This document shows, in pieces, positions 61,406 to 64,000 of a DNA stretch of 64,000 nucleotides (the stretch's first letter is position 1; each line of letters starts with the position of its first letter). The notes under the pieces were generated by a model. It was not told the DNA's origin and ran no database searches. It worked only from the letters and a program-made list of their open reading frames with translations. Location of the stretch: the NCBI GenBank assembly GCA_963841435.1, contig CAWJCS010000006.1:224001-288000 (forward strand), given 5' to 3'. This DNA is from an uncultured delta proteobacterium. GTDB taxonomy: Bacteria; Myxococcota_A; Polyangia; Polyangiales; Polyangiaceae. Both the position numbers and the translations under genes were made by a program.

Positions 61406-61815
61406 ATGCAAAACTCGACATCATCATTCGGCTTCGCTGATCCAGCGCTCGCGACTTCGCCGGCGGTAGTTGCGGAGGTCCCCCCCCCAGCCTCGGCACC
61501 AAGGCGGCGTTGCTCGATGAGCTGGATCGGCGCCTGCAGTTTCCCGATTACTTTGGAGAGAACTGGGATGCGCTGGATGAGTGCATTCGCGACCTGTCCT
61601 GGTTGCCGCCAGGTGCTGTCATCGTGAAGCACGTCAACCTGCCGCTCGTCGCTGACCTAGCGAACCTGAAGAAGTACCTCTCGATTCTCAGGGATGCGGT
61701 GCAAGAGTGGTCGAGTTCGGGAGAGCGAGAGCTAATTGTCGTGTTTCCGCCTGAAACTCAGGAGCGAATCGCTTGGCTACTGCGCTCGGCAGCGCGTGAT
61801 GCTGAGACCCCGTGA
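61406..61815 (+). pseudogene. Barstar-family RNase inhibitor, frameshifted at a C9 tract (61480-61488)
   Basis: LQFPDYFGENWDALDECIRDLSW; ATG 61406 joins in frame with C7 or C10. Confidence 0.85.
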
Positions 61816-62026
61816 TCGAGAATCCCATCGTATGGCGGCCGCTCTCAGGCCCGCGGGGGAGCGAGGGGTCCGCGAGGCTATCCCATCGCTGAGCAGCGGC
61901 GGCGCGAGATGGCGACGACGAGCGACGCCACGATGTTTACGGCGCCGGAGCGCGGGGCCCGAGTCGTTTACCTCGGGCGCGGACCCGGGCGACGGCGTTA
62001 CGGCGCCGAGCGTTGCGGTCCGTTGG

Positions 62027-62059
62027 GTGGAGGCGCCAGGAATTGCACCGTCGCATATG
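62027..62059 (-). repeat. Second att-like copy of the tmRNA 3' end
   Basis: GTGGAGGCGCCAGGAATTGCACCGTCGCATATG. Confidence 0.92.
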
Positions 62060-62135
62060 TCGATGGATCGCGCCGCGCGGTCCGGAATGGACAGCGCACG
62101 GCGTCGCACGAAGGTCTAAATTCCCGGCGGCGACA

Positions 62136-62160
62136 CGCTCCCGCCCAATGGGCGGGAGCG
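62136..62160 (-). terminator. GC-rich hairpin immediately 3' of ssrA (no U-tract)
   Basis: CGCTCCCGCCCA-A-TGGGCGGGAGCG perfect inverted repeat. Confidence 0.65.
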
Positions 62161-62501
62161 GTGGAGGCGCCGGGAATTGAACCCGGGTCCGCGAGGCTTC
62201 CGGTCAGCCTTCGTTCACGTGCGTAGCCGCATTGCCCAAGCGGCGGGGTTGCCGGATTCGGCCGGCGCCTAGCTTCCGGTTTTCTCGACCCCGACGCCGG
62301 AAGCGTCGGCGGGGCCCAGCCTTAGTATTGACGCCCTTCCGCTACCAAGACGATCTCACGGTCGGACGGCTTTCACTGTTTTTTAGGCAGCGAGAGCGAT
62401 TGCGTTGTCGTTCGCAATTGGTACGGCCCGATTTTGAAGAGGGTCGGGTGCCTCCGCACGCAGACTAACGTTCAGTCCCCACGTCGAAACCGATCGCCCC
62501 C
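62160..62501 (-). ncRNA. ssrA: tmRNA; tag reading frame ANDNAIALAA* at 62415-62383
   Basis: 5' GGGGGCGATCGGTTTCGAC; 3' CCGGGTTCAATTCCCGGCGCCTCCACC; acceptor stem with G3-U; tag ORF. Confidence 0.97.
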
Positions 62502-62523
62502 GAAGGGGTGTGGGTGGACTTTC

Positions 62524-62551
62524 AACCTAACGCCCGGGGCGGGGGAGTCAA
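62524..62551 (-). promoter_or_regulatory. Putative sigma70-type promoter of ssrA
   Basis: TTGACT-N16-TAGGTT, ~22 nt upstream of the mature 5' end. Confidence 0.5.
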
Positions 62552-62585
62552 GCGACGGCCAGGCCGGTGAGCCGGCGGAACAGGG

Positions 62586-64000
<1,415 letters not shown>

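Larger units (their letters stand above)
58255..62059. mobile_element. ~3.8-kb integrase-less island remnant downstream of ssrA
   Basis: Bounded by 33-bp direct repeats; cargo of TA, DUF2442 and barstar genes. Confidence 0.7.

Noticed and set aside
62027-62200. tRNA gene(s)
   Set aside because: The T-arm/acceptor sequence belongs to tmRNA and its duplicated fragments; there are no D or anticodon arms.

Overview
GC-rich chromosomal window whose gene content (Gly-rich-linker lipoproteins, MYXO-CTERM-like tails, many hybrid kinases) suggests a myxobacterium of the Polyangiaceae/Sorangium type; this is inferred from gene content only. Left to right: (1) an ion-homeostasis block: an overlapping minus-strand operon of Ntn-hydrolase lipoprotein, cation:proton antiporter, antiporter fused to a P-loop ATPase/wHTH, MscS and a broken lipoprotein, then a GST and kdpD-kdpE-kup without kdpFABC; (2) a DUF4910/formyltransferase pair with an in-frame amber stop; (3) about 14 kb of secreted proteins and lipoproteins (GH5, CHAP, CAP, diheme cytochrome c, GH43-like, beta-propeller) with a 21-bp tandem repeat; (4) a c-di-GMP/two-component cluster including porin, short PBP-like protein, hybrid kinase, orphan CheR and REC-kinase; (5) IS remnants, a vWA-like lipoprotein and czcBA-like efflux; (6) integrase-less segments bounded by copies of the tmRNA 3' end (VapBC-like, DUF2442, L-domain lipoprotein, barstar), then ssrA and groEL. 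Many single-base frameshifts and recurrent GAC>AAC changes suggest an error-prone, possibly long-read, assembly or ongoing decay. The best candidates for undescribed systems are the antiporter-ATPase/MscS operon and the porin/PBP/kinase/CheR module. No CRISPR array, rRNA or tRNA was seen. All family calls come from motif recognition, not database searches.
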